Shown: positions 38,929 through 49,877 of the stretch, in pieces
Position numbering within the stretch: the first letter of the stretch is position 1
Layout: every line of letters starts with the position of its first letter
Virus record (IMG/VR): IMGVR_UViG_3300022689_000178
Location: 1 to 64,000 of that record
Direction: 5' to 3' (one strand)
Origin: a virus
DNA length: 64,000 bases
Notes under the pieces: generated by a model
Seen by the model: the letters and a program-made list of their open reading frames with translations, nothing else
What the model was told of the DNA's origin: nothing
Database searches by the model: none
Program-made: the position numbers and the translations under genes

Positions 38929-38971
38929 CAAAATTAAAATAAATATTTATTTGCACTTATGATAATTGTCA
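38929..38971 (-). promoter_or_regulatory. Crp/Fnr-type box plus -7 element
   Basis: Box 38960-38971, 23-nt spacer, minus-strand TAATTTTG at 38929-38936. Confidence 0.75.
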
Positions 38972-38998
38972 GTAATATTTTAATAAAAATTTTATAAT

Positions 38999-41900
38999 AT
39001 GAAAAAATATATGGTTAAATACATTAATGAAAAAGTAATACTTTGTCATACTACATTAAATAAATCCTTTTTTTTATCACATGAATTAGAAGTAGTTGAA
39101 ACGAATAATAAAATAATTTCAACTATAAAAAAAGCAAATGCACCCACTAATATATCTACCCCCAAACAAGGTTCTTCATGGTCAGTTGAATTATTGAGAA
39201 ATAATCCAGGTTCAAGATGGATTACATTCAGGGGACATAAAGTATTAATAAGGGGTAATGCTGATGGTACGGCCACAGTCGTATATAGTGGAAATCCTTC
39301 ACATGAACATTTACGAATTATTCCTAAAGAACATAAAGAATATGCAAAAATAAAAGAAGCAAAACAAAAAAGTAATGAACAAAAAGCCGGTGATAGTACA
39401 GAAGTTAAAAGAACAATTACAGAAGTAGGTAAAAAAATTACCAAACAAAAACAAAATTTAATAGTAAATAAAATTACCGAAGGTGAACCATCGGGTGTGG
39501 AAAAAGACATACCAAAAATAGGTAATGAAAAAATTGATATACCAAGCATAAAAAAAGAGGATATACCAGAAAAAAATAAAAATTTTACAAAAGAATTTGA
39601 TAAACTCAATGATAAAGAAAAACAGAAAACTCTCGATGAGTTATTAGATCATGCTAAAAATAAAATAACACAAGATCATGAAGATTCTGTAAAATATTCG
39701 GATTTTGATTCACATAAAAAAGTGAATATTAAAAGTCAAAATCCTTTATTAGATGGAATGGAGATTGACAAGGAAACTGCAATAAATATTGTGGGACATG
39801 AGTTAGCTGCAAAACAAATAAAAAAAGAAGCTGTAAAAGACATCAAAAAAAATGATATTACAAGTCTTGGCAATATAGGTATTACTGATTATGACTTGGA
39901 GGCATTACCATCTGATCCGGTTGCAATAACAGAAACCGTTTTACGTGAAAAGGAAAACAGGATTCGTGCAGAAAAAAATACACAATTTTATAATAATTTA
40001 GATAAAAAATTAGAAGGCCGGTCTAAGCAAATTTCAAATGAAATTACAAAAGGCGCTCATGCCGAATTATATGCGATGTCCAGTTTAATAATGGATGGAA
40101 ATGGTTTTTCTAAAGATATGTTAAAATTTTTGGGTATTGATAATGCCACAAAAATTTTAGCTTCATTAATAGATAAAAAAACAGATAGAGATAAAATAGA
40201 AAAAGATTTAGAAAAAGTTTTATCTAAAAAAAATCAAATTATTGTTAATAACACCTTAGATGCCTACCAACAACAAAATGATATTATTAATGCTTATAAA
40301 GAACAATCAAAGGATATTTATGACGAAAACGGAAATTTAGTATCAAAAAAAATGTTAGCGGCTGCAACTGCTAATGCTAATATTGCGCGTGTTACTAAGG
40401 AACAAAATAAAGAATTAGGAAACGCAACCGGATCGCTACAAACGGCTGCAAGTTTATTAGAAAACATACGTGAAATAAAAGATACTGGTTCTAACGACAT
40501 GGTTTTAGATGGAGGATTAAGCAAAAGAAGTTTGATTCATAAATTGAAAAAATTTGGATTAATAGATTCAGTTAATATAGAAAAAGGAGAAGATGGCAGA
40601 TATAAAGTAACAATCCCAAAAAATCAATTTAATAAAATACTTTCTAATAATACAACAAATGCTAAAATAGATGAAAAAGTAAAAAAAATAAAGGAGGGTG
40701 CAACAGTACGATATGGTAAAGATAGTTTGGCTGCCGGTCAACCTGATTCATTTATTGATTTTATGACTGAAAAAGAATTTAATAAGAACAATGACAAATT
40801 AAATCAAATAAGGCGCAAACAAGCTAATGGAACAAATTTGACAGAAGAAGAGGAGAAATTTTATAATAAATATAATGGATATAATAAGTATGTTAATACA
40901 AAAGGTGAGGAGGGATATACAAGTTCTCAAAAAGAAGGAACAATATTATATGGTAAAAAAATGAAGGCAAGGCTTGATCCTCACCAACAGAAAGCTGTTG
41001 CTATGGCTAATAGTCAAAAACGTTATATAATGGATTTTGGTGCTGGTACTGGGAAAACAATTGCACATTTAGCTTCAATTTCAGATTTGAAAGCAAAAGG
41101 AAAATTGCATAGTGTTGCTGTTATGAGTCCACCATCAAGATTAGTAAAAGAGTTTTTTAAAGATCAAGAAAAATTTTTCCCAAATTTAAAAATGTTAAAT
41201 TTAGATGAGGTTAAAGGAGGGATCGAGGCTAAAAGAAAAGCGATTGAAGATGTTAAAAAAAACGGATATGATATAATAATATCTGGTCATGATTCAATTA
41301 AAAGTGGCATGTTAAAAAATGACAATCCTACTGATTTTGTCGATAATAAGATGAAAGAATTAAGTAAAGCAATAAATACAAATCATGTAAGGAGAACTAA
41401 AAAACAAAAAGAATTGGTAAGTAAATATAAAAGCATTTATTCTAAAAAAGATGGAATAAATCAAATGCGAGAATTATTTAATAAACAATTTGAGGATAAT
41501 AAAGGTTTACCGGAAATAATAGCAAATGTAAAACCATCTTATTTGGGAGTAGATGAGGCACATGAAGTATGGGGTGAAAAAACACAAAGTCAAAAATCTG
41601 AATCTTTACGAAAAATGGCTGATAGTGCAAATCATTTTGTTCCATCGACCGGTACATTAATGAGATCGGGTATAGGAGATTTTGCTAATATTATGAATTT
41701 AACACGGCCAGATTTAGTTCCGGATGTTGATGAATTTAAAAATAAATATGCGCAAGGTATAACCGGAAATGTAACAGAAGGCATCATTAATAATGAAATG
41801 GCAAAAGAAGTAGATGCTGGCATATTAACACATAAAACAGATATTACTCCACAAAAAAAACGAAATATTGATAATCCAGAACATGAAAAATTAGACTTAT

Positions 41901-43795
41901 CATTAAATCAAAAAATTGCGTATGCAAATAATGAAAATATGTATAGGCAAGACAGAAATTTTAATAAAAAAAATGGATTAAATAGAAGTTTTGGTGTATG
42001 GGATATTGAAAAGAATAGATTAATTACACATCCAAACGGAAATATTAAAGATATTAAAGAATTGCGAAATCATGATACATTACAAGTAAATGAATCGGAT
42101 AGTGCAAATCAAACAAAAGAAGCATTACAAGAATTAAAAAAAGCAGGTTATAAAAATGCAGATAAATATAAACTAGTTGAATTGGGTGGTACAGGTGCGG
42201 CTGCCCGGAGAGATTCAATGCACGATAACATTATTAATAACGGTGATTATAAAAATAATGTTAAAGTTCAAAATATGCTACAAGATATTGAGGAGAATCC
42301 AGATCATAATCACGGTGTATTTTATACAAATAGGAAAACAAAAAATACAATTACTGATGCCTTATTGTCTAAAGGATACAAAAGAGAAGATATTGCATTC
42401 ATAGATGCCGATAATAATAAAAAACAAAATAATCAAATATTATCGGATTATATGACAGGCAAGAAAAAAATATTAGTTGGTTCACAGGTTGCAATGACAG
42501 GTTTAAATATTCAAAAAATGGATACTATACATTTTATCGGAGTACCTAAAACATATAATCAGGAGCAACAGGCAGAGGCACGGGCACACAGAAAAGGCAG
42601 AGAAAATTATGCAAATGAATCTAATCCGGCGGCTGATGTAAGAATATTACACCATGAAACAAATACAGTAATTGACAATAATGCAAGAAAAAATATTACA
42701 AGGCAAAAAAAAGAGGCTGCAAAAATAAAACAATATGAAGAAAATTATGGACTGAAACAAGAGGCGCAAGTAAGTAAATCTTATATAAGTAAATCAATTA
42801 TAAATAAAAAAAGAAATATTAAATACATAATAAAAGGAAGAAAGGCTGCTTCCATAGGAGCTAAAAGTCCTGATGGAAAACGTATTAAAATTGCTAATGA
42901 ATGGATTCCTGTTAAAAATGTAAAATTAACAAAAATTGATTATAATAAACTTTTAAATGCGAAAAAAGCAATACAAGCTCAACCAGTATTAAGAAATGAC
43001 CCGAATGCAAAAGGACAAACTGCATTAAAAAAAGAATCATTACCTGAAAAATATGTTTTTCGGAAAACAACCGGAAAAAAGAAAGTTGAACGAGTAATGC
43101 AAGAGTTTAAAGAAGGTAATTTGAAAGATAAATATGGTAAAATTATTACTAATAGAAAACAGGCAATTGCTATTGCACTAAACGAAGCCGGGTTATCTAA
43201 AGATATTGTAAATGAATATGAACAATGGCAAAATGATAATTTAGACAAAAATATAATAGATTTTATCGATCAACGAAACAATCAATTATTTATAAAAAAT
43301 ATTGCTATTGGTCGTAAATACAAAGATGGTCAAAATATAAAAACATTACAAGGCCGGAAAAAAATAAATCCGTTAAAACAAGAATTAAAAAAATACACAG
43401 CTAATAGTAATGTTAATATAAAACAATTGCCAGAAAACATAAAAAATCAAATTATTGATATAATGGCAAAAAATCCATTTTTAACACCACAGCAAGCATA
43501 TAATAAATTAAAGATTACTAAAGGTCATAAAGATCAATTTCAGGGACAAATTTTGCAAACCGGAATTATTGATGGATGGGATATTAATAATATATTCAAA
43601 TTTGATTCTAATGCAATAGATTGGAAAAATATTAAGGTATTAAATACGCAAGAAAATAATAGTTTAAAACAATTTATTGATAGGATAAAAAATATTAAAG
43701 ATTGGAATAAGCTCAAAGATATTGCAAGAAAAATGATTAATAGGAATGATTGGTATAAATTCATAAAACTATATTTTAATTATGGCAAAAGATAA
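38999..43795 (+). CDS. 1598-aa multidomain protein with SF2 (SNF2-like) helicase core; probable virion-packaged protein
   Basis: LDPHQ, DFGAGTGKT, VDEAH, STGT, TGLNIQ, QAEARAHRKG; DUF6496-like KVERVMQEFKEG...RKQAIAIAL; located among head genes. Confidence 0.85.
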   Translation: MKKYMVKYINEKVILCHTTLNKSFFLSHELEVVETNNKIISTIKKANAPTNISTPKQGSSWSVELLRNNPGSRWITFRGHKVLIRGNADGTATVVYSGNPSHEHLRIIPKEHKEYAKIKEAKQKSNEQKAGDSTEVKRTITEVGKKITKQKQNLIVNKITEGEPSGVEKDIPKIGNEKIDIPSIKKEDIPEKNKNFTKEFDKLNDKEKQKTLDELLDHAKNKITQDHEDSVKYSDFDSHKKVNIKSQNPLLDGMEIDKETAINIVGHELAAKQIKKEAVKDIKKNDITSLGNIGITDYDLEALPSDPVAITETVLREKENRIRAEKNTQFYNNLDKKLEGRSKQISNEITKGAHAELYAMSSLIMDGNGFSKDMLKFLGIDNATKILASLIDKKTDRDKIEKDLEKVLSKKNQIIVNNTLDAYQQQNDIINAYKEQSKDIYDENGNLVSKKMLAAATANANIARVTKEQNKELGNATGSLQTAASLLENIREIKDTGSNDMVLDGGLSKRSLIHKLKKFGLIDSVNIEKGEDGRYKVTIPKNQFNKILSNNTTNAKIDEKVKKIKEGATVRYGKDSLAAGQPDSFIDFMTEKEFNKNNDKLNQIRRKQANGTNLTEEEEKFYNKYNGYNKYVNTKGEEGYTSSQKEGTILYGKKMKARLDPHQQKAVAMANSQKRYIMDFGAGTGKTIAHLASISDLKAKGKLHSVAVMSPPSRLVKEFFKDQEKFFPNLKMLNLDEVKGGIEAKRKAIEDVKKNGYDIIISGHDSIKSGMLKNDNPTDFVDNKMKELSKAINTNHVRRTKKQKELVSKYKSIYSKKDGINQMRELFNKQFEDNKGLPEIIANVKPSYLGVDEAHEVWGEKTQSQKSESLRKMADSANHFVPSTGTLMRSGIGDFANIMNLTRPDLVPDVDEFKNKYAQGITGNVTEGIINNEMAKEVDAGILTHKTDITPQKKRNIDNPEHEKLDLSLNQKIAYANNENMYRQDRNFNKKNGLNRSFGVWDIEKNRLITHPNGNIKDIKELRNHDTLQVNESDSANQTKEALQELKKAGYKNADKYKLVELGGTGAAARRDSMHDNIINNGDYKNNVKVQNMLQDIEENPDHNHGVFYTNRKTKNTITDALLSKGYKREDIAFIDADNNKKQNNQILSDYMTGKKKILVGSQVAMTGLNIQKMDTIHFIGVPKTYNQEQQAEARAHRKGRENYANESNPAADVRILHHETNTVIDNNARKNITRQKKEAAKIKQYEENYGLKQEAQVSKSYISKSIINKKRNIKYIIKGRKAASIGAKSPDGKRIKIANEWIPVKNVKLTKIDYNKLLNAKKAIQAQPVLRNDPNAKGQTALKKESLPEKYVFRKTTGKKKVERVMQEFKEGNLKDKYGKIITNRKQAIAIALNEAGLSKDIVNEYEQWQNDNLDKNIIDFIDQRNNQLFIKNIAIGRKYKDGQNIKTLQGRKKINPLKQELKKYTANSNVNIKQLPENIKNQIIDIMAKNPFLTPQQAYNKLKITKGHKDQFQGQILQTGIIDGWDINNIFKFDSNAIDWKNIKVLNTQENNSLKQFIDRIKNIKDWNKLKDIARKMINRNDWYKFIKLYFNYGKR

Positions 43796-44048
43796 GAATA
43801 CTATACGGTTAAATAATGTAATGCGGGTAACAGCGGCACATGATATAAAAACTAAAAAACATATTGACGATATGATTGCGCAAAATGAATTATTTACAAA
43901 AGAATATGATAAAAAAATGAAACAATTAAAACAAATTGATTCAAAACAATATCCAAAAGAATATTTAAGGTTAAGTAATGAAATTACAGATATGGCTGTT
44001 GCTATTAAAATGAATGAAAATACTATTAAAGAATTACAATTAACATAA
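43782..44048 (+). CDS. hypothetical coiled-coil protein
   Basis: 88-aa ORF. Confidence 0.65.
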   Translation: MAKDKNTIRLNNVMRVTAAHDIKTKKHIDDMIAQNELFTKEYDKKMKQLKQIDSKQYPKEYLRLSNEITDMAVAIKMNENTIKELQLT

Positions 44049-44059
44049 TACAATTTGAT

Positions 44060-44968
44060 ATGAATACAACGGCACAATTTATAAATCCTGAAAGTGAATT
44101 TAATTTTAATGTTAATGCTGATATAATTAAATCGGATGGCAATAAAATTGAGAAAGAAGCGGATTTGGATTATAACAATATGTGGATTCAGGGTGTGGCA
44201 TCCGATAATACTAATGATGCGGAGGGTGAATCCTTATCACCAAAAACTTTTCAATTAGATTATTTTATGAAAGTTGGTAAAATAACCTATGAACATGGAC
44301 ATAAAGAAACTCCGACAAAAGCAATTGGTGAACCAAGAAAAGCAATTATAACACCACAAAATCAATTTTTCGTAAAGGCTATATTGTATTCAAGTAGTGA
44401 TTTGGCCAAAGATGTATATAAACAAACTTGGATATTACAAAATGACCCAAACTCAACACGAAGAATGCAATGGAGTATTGAAGGAAAAAGAATATGGGAA
44501 AATAACAAAGTCGTTGGTGCAATTATCACTCATGTTACTTTAACACAAAATCCAATTAATTATAAAAATACCTATGCAGAGGTTGTGAAAAAAGCATTTA
44601 ATATAAATTCAGATAAACCGGAACAATTAAATACTGATGATGAAATTCAAAAATCAATTAAAGAATCTGAATTAATGTTATGGTTACATAGTATTGATTC
44701 AAATATTTATAGTCAAATACAAAAGGCAGAAAAATATTGTGAAATATTAATGTACTGTGAAAAATATCCAAATTATAAACAATATTTTACAAATAATACA
44801 ATTGATAAATTAAATCAATTGGTACAATTAAATGATATTAAAAAAAGCTATCAATATATTGATATTATATTCGGATTAATAAATAAATATCCCTCCGCAA
44901 GTGATTATTTCAATAAAGATATTGTCAAAAAAACAAATGAAATAATTACACGGGCAGAAAATCAATAA
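44060..44968 (+). CDS. prohead protease
   Basis: IQGVAS...DAEGE, ITYEH, IGEP, WSIEG, VTLTQNPIN. Confidence 0.88.
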   Translation: MNTTAQFINPESEFNFNVNADIIKSDGNKIEKEADLDYNNMWIQGVASDNTNDAEGESLSPKTFQLDYFMKVGKITYEHGHKETPTKAIGEPRKAIITPQNQFFVKAILYSSSDLAKDVYKQTWILQNDPNSTRRMQWSIEGKRIWENNKVVGAIITHVTLTQNPINYKNTYAEVVKKAFNINSDKPEQLNTDDEIQKSIKESELMLWLHSIDSNIYSQIQKAEKYCEILMYCEKYPNYKQYFTNNTIDKLNQLVQLNDIKKSYQYIDIIFGLINKYPSASDYFNKDIVKKTNEIITRAENQ

Positions 44969-45013
44969 AATAAACAGTAATATTTTTTTAAAAATAATTA
45001 AAAATCAAGAATC

Positions 45014-45814
45014 ATGAATTTAGAGGAAAAGATTGAAAAAGCATTTGCAAATATAATTGATGAGAACATCAAAAAAGCAGAGGATGGAGAAAACATAGAA
45101 AATCAAAATGTTGAAAATCCCGAATCTGATGAGGATAAAAATGTCGAAATGGCTTTATCTTTTTTGAAAAAAGGCAATTATAAAAATGAAAATGAAATGA
45201 TTGCTGCAATGAAAAAAGAAGGTTATGATAAGGCTATTTGTAAAAAAGCCATTATGAAGTATAATACCGGTAAAATGAAAAAATCAATTGATGAAAATTT
45301 ATCGGTACAAGAAACAAAAGAAGATATTAAAAAATCTTTTGATTCGGAAAAAGATTCGGAAATAGATGTTACTGAATATCTGGAAAATTTGCCCGGCTTA
45401 TTTGACAATTTTGAAACAAATATTGTTAAATCAATGCAAGAAGGTCGTGATGTTAATATTGCAATTGCTAAAGGAATGAAAATTATTGGCCATGCCATTG
45501 CAGACATTAATGAAAGGATAAATGAAGTGAATGATATTGTAAAAGCATTTGCCAAACAGCCTATACAAAAAGGAGTTAAAGGTGGTATAATTGAAAAAAG
45601 TTTTGATAAATCCGAAAAGGATGATAAAGAAGTAAAAGATGATAGCATTTTAAAATCATCTGATTCCATAGAAATTCAACAAGCATTACTAAAAATTAAT
45701 ACTCCGGAATCACGTGAAACATTACGAAAATTTTCCACTAATGCAAATTTTGAATTATTGAAAAATTTCCGTAATGAAATAGAAAGCCATACCGGAAAAA
45801 AAATGCCGGCATAA
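45014..45814 (+). CDS. scaffolding protein
   Basis: Between protease and capsid genes; many [ILMV]xK[ASG] motifs. Confidence 0.7.
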   Translation: MNLEEKIEKAFANIIDENIKKAEDGENIENQNVENPESDEDKNVEMALSFLKKGNYKNENEMIAAMKKEGYDKAICKKAIMKYNTGKMKKSIDENLSVQETKEDIKKSFDSEKDSEIDVTEYLENLPGLFDNFETNIVKSMQEGRDVNIAIAKGMKIIGHAIADINERINEVNDIVKAFAKQPIQKGVKGGIIEKSFDKSEKDDKEVKDDSILKSSDSIEIQQALLKINTPESRETLRKFSTNANFELLKNFRNEIESHTGKKMPA

Positions 45815-45867
45815 TTGCAAACAAATAAAACAGTAAATAAAGTAATAAACACTAAAATATTAAAAAA

Positions 45868-47430
45868 ATGGATTACAATAGCTTTAAAAAATTAGTACTC
45901 AGCAAAAATAATTCAGAAGATATTGATCAATTATTGAAAGCAGTTGAAACTGAATATGAATTGGGGAGTAGTACAAGTGCGACCGGACTTGACCCGTTAA
46001 AACTTGAAAATTTATCGGCATACATGGCATCTATTGTTGCCGATAATGAAACAATTAAATTATCAAAATCATTAAAACGAATTCCATGTACATCAAATAT
46101 GTACGAAGTACCAAGACATTTAACACATGGAACTTGGTTTGGTAATTATGGTAATTTCGGAGAACAATTAGGGCTTGGTGATAACCAAGAAACCGATCAT
46201 GATCGTGCATTAGTTAAAATTAAATATCAGGTTGAAAATAGAGAAGTATCAATTGCTGCAAGTTTAATTAATTTATACGGTGGACAGGGAACAAATAAAA
46301 CAAGTGGTGGCCGAATTGATGGAAAAGCATATAATCAGGCATTGGAAATTGAAACAACCAGTGGTTTGCAAGAAATGGCTATTAATGAAAATAAAGGATT
46401 ATGGTTTGGTAATTCAAGTGTTGATCCTCGTGCTTTTGATGGCATATTAGAATTACATAAATACAAAAAACAAGGCGATCCTACATCAAAGCATACACCG
46501 GAAGAATATAGTCAATTGAAAAATGTATTTGACTTGCGGGGTTCTAAATTAACGTATGGCAAATTAAATGAAGTACAACGTGCAATTATGAGTCAATGGG
46601 GTATGGCCAATTCATTCTTTGGCGCACCTTCAATAATTGACGATTTATCCAGTGCTGATTTAGAATTGATTCGTAGGATAAATCAAAATGAACCTAAACA
46701 ATTAGAAAATTTAACAGTTGGACAAAGTATTTCGGCATTTAATAGTCAACTTGGAGGTAAGATAGCATTAAATTGGGACTTTCATTTAGAACGGCATGTT
46801 GAAGGCACAGGTACAGGTGAAAATTATGGGGATAGTTGGAAAATAAATGATCCAAATCAAAACATTAGAACCAATGCACCTGCAAGTCCTGGTACTACTT
46901 CAAATACAGCCGTTGGTGATGCATTATCTAAATTTGGAGCTACTGATGCCGGCGATTATTTTTATGCGGTTGCCGCCGTTGGAGATTATGGATTATCAAA
47001 ACTTGTATTAATGAATGCAACTGCCGTAACAGTAGCGGCTGGACAATCAGTTGATTTAGTATTTGCTGATGGTGCTGGCACCTATCCGACCAGAGGTTAT
47101 GTAATTTATCGTTCGGAAAAAGATGCACCAGACGCAACAGGTTATTTTTATCCAATTTTTGAAATTAGCACTTCTGAACTTGCCGCAGGTTATGATGGAG
47201 GCGCTGCAACAGTAGTGAGAGATAGGAATAGAACGTTAGTACATACCCAGGATGCTGTAATGTTTTATAATGATCCTCGCATTATACATGTACCGGAATT
47301 ATTGCCATTAACACGTATTCCATTAGCACGTACTCAATTAAGTGATAAATTTGCATTAGCCCATTTTTACGCTTTAGCAATGCCAACACCACAAAAAATT
47401 GCGATTATACGAAATGTTGGTAATTCCTAA
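45868..47430 (+). CDS. major capsid protein
   Basis: LLKAV, PLKLENL, LWFGNS...FDG; SPO1/Twort-like layout; biased codons; strong terminator after it. Confidence 0.88.
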   Translation: MDYNSFKKLVLSKNNSEDIDQLLKAVETEYELGSSTSATGLDPLKLENLSAYMASIVADNETIKLSKSLKRIPCTSNMYEVPRHLTHGTWFGNYGNFGEQLGLGDNQETDHDRALVKIKYQVENREVSIAASLINLYGGQGTNKTSGGRIDGKAYNQALEIETTSGLQEMAINENKGLWFGNSSVDPRAFDGILELHKYKKQGDPTSKHTPEEYSQLKNVFDLRGSKLTYGKLNEVQRAIMSQWGMANSFFGAPSIIDDLSSADLELIRRINQNEPKQLENLTVGQSISAFNSQLGGKIALNWDFHLERHVEGTGTGENYGDSWKINDPNQNIRTNAPASPGTTSNTAVGDALSKFGATDAGDYFYAVAAVGDYGLSKLVLMNATAVTVAAGQSVDLVFADGAGTYPTRGYVIYRSEKDAPDATGYFYPIFEISTSELAAGYDGGAATVVRDRNRTLVHTQDAVMFYNDPRIIHVPELLPLTRIPLARTQLSDKFALAHFYALAMPTPQKIAIIRNVGNS

Positions 47431-47461
47431 AGATTAAATTCATTTTTTTAAAAATATTTTG

Positions 47462-47494
47462 GCCTTCAATTTTTTAATTGAAGGCTTTTTTTTT
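47462..47494 (+). terminator. intrinsic terminator
   Basis: GCCTTCAATT-TTTT-AATTGAAGGC followed by a T run. Confidence 0.85.
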
Positions 47495-47549
47495 ATCATT
47501 TATTTACAGTAATATTATAATAAATTATTAATTTTTAAAATTTAACACC

Positions 47550-47789
47550 ATGCTAATTAAACGAAAAAGTACATATTTGCGAAAAAAATCAATTATTGGA
47601 AATCGTGAAATAAATTGGTTGAATGAACCGGTAGAATTTTCTGCTAAAGAGGGAAAAGAATTAATCAAAAATTTTCCGGATCGTTATGAAGAGGTTATAT
47701 CTAAAGATATTAAATCTAATGAAAATGAACCTAAAAAAATAACACAAAAAACTTTGAAAAAAAAGACATCTAAAAATTTTACTGAATAA
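47550..47789 (+). CDS. small basic protein
   Basis: 79 aa, directly after a late-promoter motif. Confidence 0.65.
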   Translation: MLIKRKSTYLRKKSIIGNREINWLNEPVEFSAKEGKELIKNFPDRYEEVISKDIKSNENEPKKITQKTLKKKTSKNFTE

Positions 47790-47792
47790 AAT

Positions 47793-48557
47793 ATGGAATT
47801 AGATTTAGAAATAACATGTAAAATTGATAATACTCTTGCAATGAGTTGTGATGAGTTAAAAACAACTTATGCAACAGATATTGCTTTTGAGGGATTAGGT
47901 GGACAAAGATTGACATGCTCAACAGTTGAAAATAAAATTAAAACTGAGCAAGTCAAATTGGAAAACATGTTGGATATAAAAATTGTAAAACAACAATTAA
48001 AAGAACAGCAAGAATACTATCGAGAACAATTCCGAGAATGGGGCTATATAAAAGTGCATAATAATATATCCGAAGTTATTTCTGTTAATGGTTATGTAAA
48101 TAATAACAAAGTAATTGAATTAGAATTAACTGATTTATCAATTAAACAACAAATTGATAAATTCAGGAATATATATATAATGCCGGCGGGTATTGGATTA
48201 TGGCAAACTACATTATGGCCATTTATATTCCGGTATGGTTACCGGACAGATTATATTCCAAATTTTTGGCATATTGAATATATATCCGGTTTTGACCAAA
48301 TACCGGAAGATATAAAAGAGGCAATTGGAAAAAAAACAATGTTACAAGTATATAATATTTTAGGTAACATATTATTTGGAACTGGTATCGCATCAACCTC
48401 CAAATCAATAGATGGATTAAGTCAATCAGTCGGTACAACACAATCGGCTACAAATGCTTTATTCGGAGCATCTATTAATCAATTTCAAGATGAATTAAAG
48501 CAAGAAATCCCTGCTTTAAAAGATAAATATAGAGGTATCACCGCACTAAAATTATAA
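47793..48557 (+). CDS. head-tail adaptor (neck) protein
   Basis: IEYISGF..IPEDI, GIASTSKSIDGLSQS; position. Confidence 0.75.
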   Translation: MELDLEITCKIDNTLAMSCDELKTTYATDIAFEGLGGQRLTCSTVENKIKTEQVKLENMLDIKIVKQQLKEQQEYYREQFREWGYIKVHNNISEVISVNGYVNNNKVIELELTDLSIKQQIDKFRNIYIMPAGIGLWQTTLWPFIFRYGYRTDYIPNFWHIEYISGFDQIPEDIKEAIGKKTMLQVYNILGNILFGTGIASTSKSIDGLSQSVGTTQSATNALFGASINQFQDELKQEIPALKDKYRGITALKL

Positions 48558-48562
48558 AACAC

Positions 48563-49318
48563 ATGCGAAGTAAGCAACAATTAAGGAGCGATTTTGATAC
48601 TATTGGTTTTGAAAATCTTGTTTATCAAAATGCAGCCAAAATAAAACTTGAAAAAGCTATACTTTGTCCATGTGGACGAAAAGATAACCAACATTCAAAA
48701 CGTTGCATTAATTGTAATGGTACAGGATTTTTCTTTGATGAGTATTCTCAAAATATTTGGGGTATGATAACAAGTTTAAATTATAACCAAATATTAGGGT
48801 TAACACGTGAGGAGCTTAATGCAACGGCTAATTTAACATTATCTAAAACTTATGATGCACGGTTACAAGTGTATGACAAATTAACTATATTAGATGGAAA
48901 AGGAATTACCACCTACAAACAAATATTCCCTGAAATAAGGGAGAATAATTTAGGAATTGATGTATTGGATGTGCAAGTAAATCAAAAGATACAATCTATT
49001 GAAATGATTTATTTATATATTGATGATAAAACACCACTGCAAAAATTAAATGAATCCGATTATAGTTATTATAACAATATCATTCAATTTTCAGATGTAT
49101 TAAAAAATCAATTACAACAATCCGGAAATGATTCTTATAGTATGACTGTACGATATAGATATTTGCCTACATATCAAGTTATGCGAACAGAACATAATAT
49201 AAGACAAACAAGAATTTTGCAAACTGGTGGAATAGAAGCATTAGAATTTTTACCATTAATGTATTTAATTCAAGAATCATGGTATTTTGCCCAAAATACC
49301 GGATATGAAAATAATTAA
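48563..49318 (+). CDS. neck / head-closure protein
   Basis: CPC...CINCNGTG motif typical of SPO1-like neck proteins. Confidence 0.7.
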   Translation: MRSKQQLRSDFDTIGFENLVYQNAAKIKLEKAILCPCGRKDNQHSKRCINCNGTGFFFDEYSQNIWGMITSLNYNQILGLTREELNATANLTLSKTYDARLQVYDKLTILDGKGITTYKQIFPEIRENNLGIDVLDVQVNQKIQSIEMIYLYIDDKTPLQKLNESDYSYYNNIIQFSDVLKNQLQQSGNDSYSMTVRYRYLPTYQVMRTEHNIRQTRILQTGGIEALEFLPLMYLIQESWYFAQNTGYENN

Positions 49319-49497
49319 ATATTTTCCATATCAATATTACCTTCACATTTAGGACAAAGTAATTTATCAAATTTTTTATCTGTCAATAAATTTTCAATAT
49401 CATTTGTTTCAAAATCACAATTCAAACAATAAAACGTAAAATTAATATTAGCATCCTGTATGCTACCATCTATATTAATTATTATATCATTTTCCAT
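49315..49497 (-). CDS. small Zn-ribbon protein
   Basis: CLNC...CPKC. Confidence 0.65.
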   Translation of the reverse strand: MENDIIINIDGSIQDANINFTFYCLNCDFETNDIENLLTDKKFDKLLCPKCEGNIDMENI

Positions 49498-49501
49498 GAT
49501 C

Positions 49502-49846
49502 TCAATATTTAAAATTATTTTTTGTTTTCATTACTACTTCAAAAAATTCAGTAAATCTATTTTGTAATTCAGTAAATAAATATTGTTTCAATCGTGCATT
49601 AATATCATGCGAAATCATAGCAAAAATGGACATATTAAATTCAATTGTATCTTCTGTAATAACATTTTTTGTAAAAATATTATTTAATTGGGTTTCATTA
49701 ATCCGTTTACGTTTTATTTCAGGATGGTTAATATGAATCCATTTTCCTTTATGAATTACTTCAACCGGATTAATAATATTAATGATACAATTAGAATCAT
49801 TTAAAGTTATTTCACCATACACTAAATTATATTTTTTTTCAGTCAT
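49502..49846 (-). CDS. hypothetical protein (minus-strand moron-like gene)
   Basis: 114 aa with its own promoter. Confidence 0.7.
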   Translation of the reverse strand: MTEKKYNLVYGEITLNDSNCIINIINPVEVIHKGKWIHINHPEIKRKRINETQLNNIFTKNVITEDTIEFNMSIFAMISHDINARLKQYLFTELQNRFTEFFEVVMKTKNNFKY

Positions 49847-49877
49847 TATATATTATTATTTATTGTTAATAATAAGG

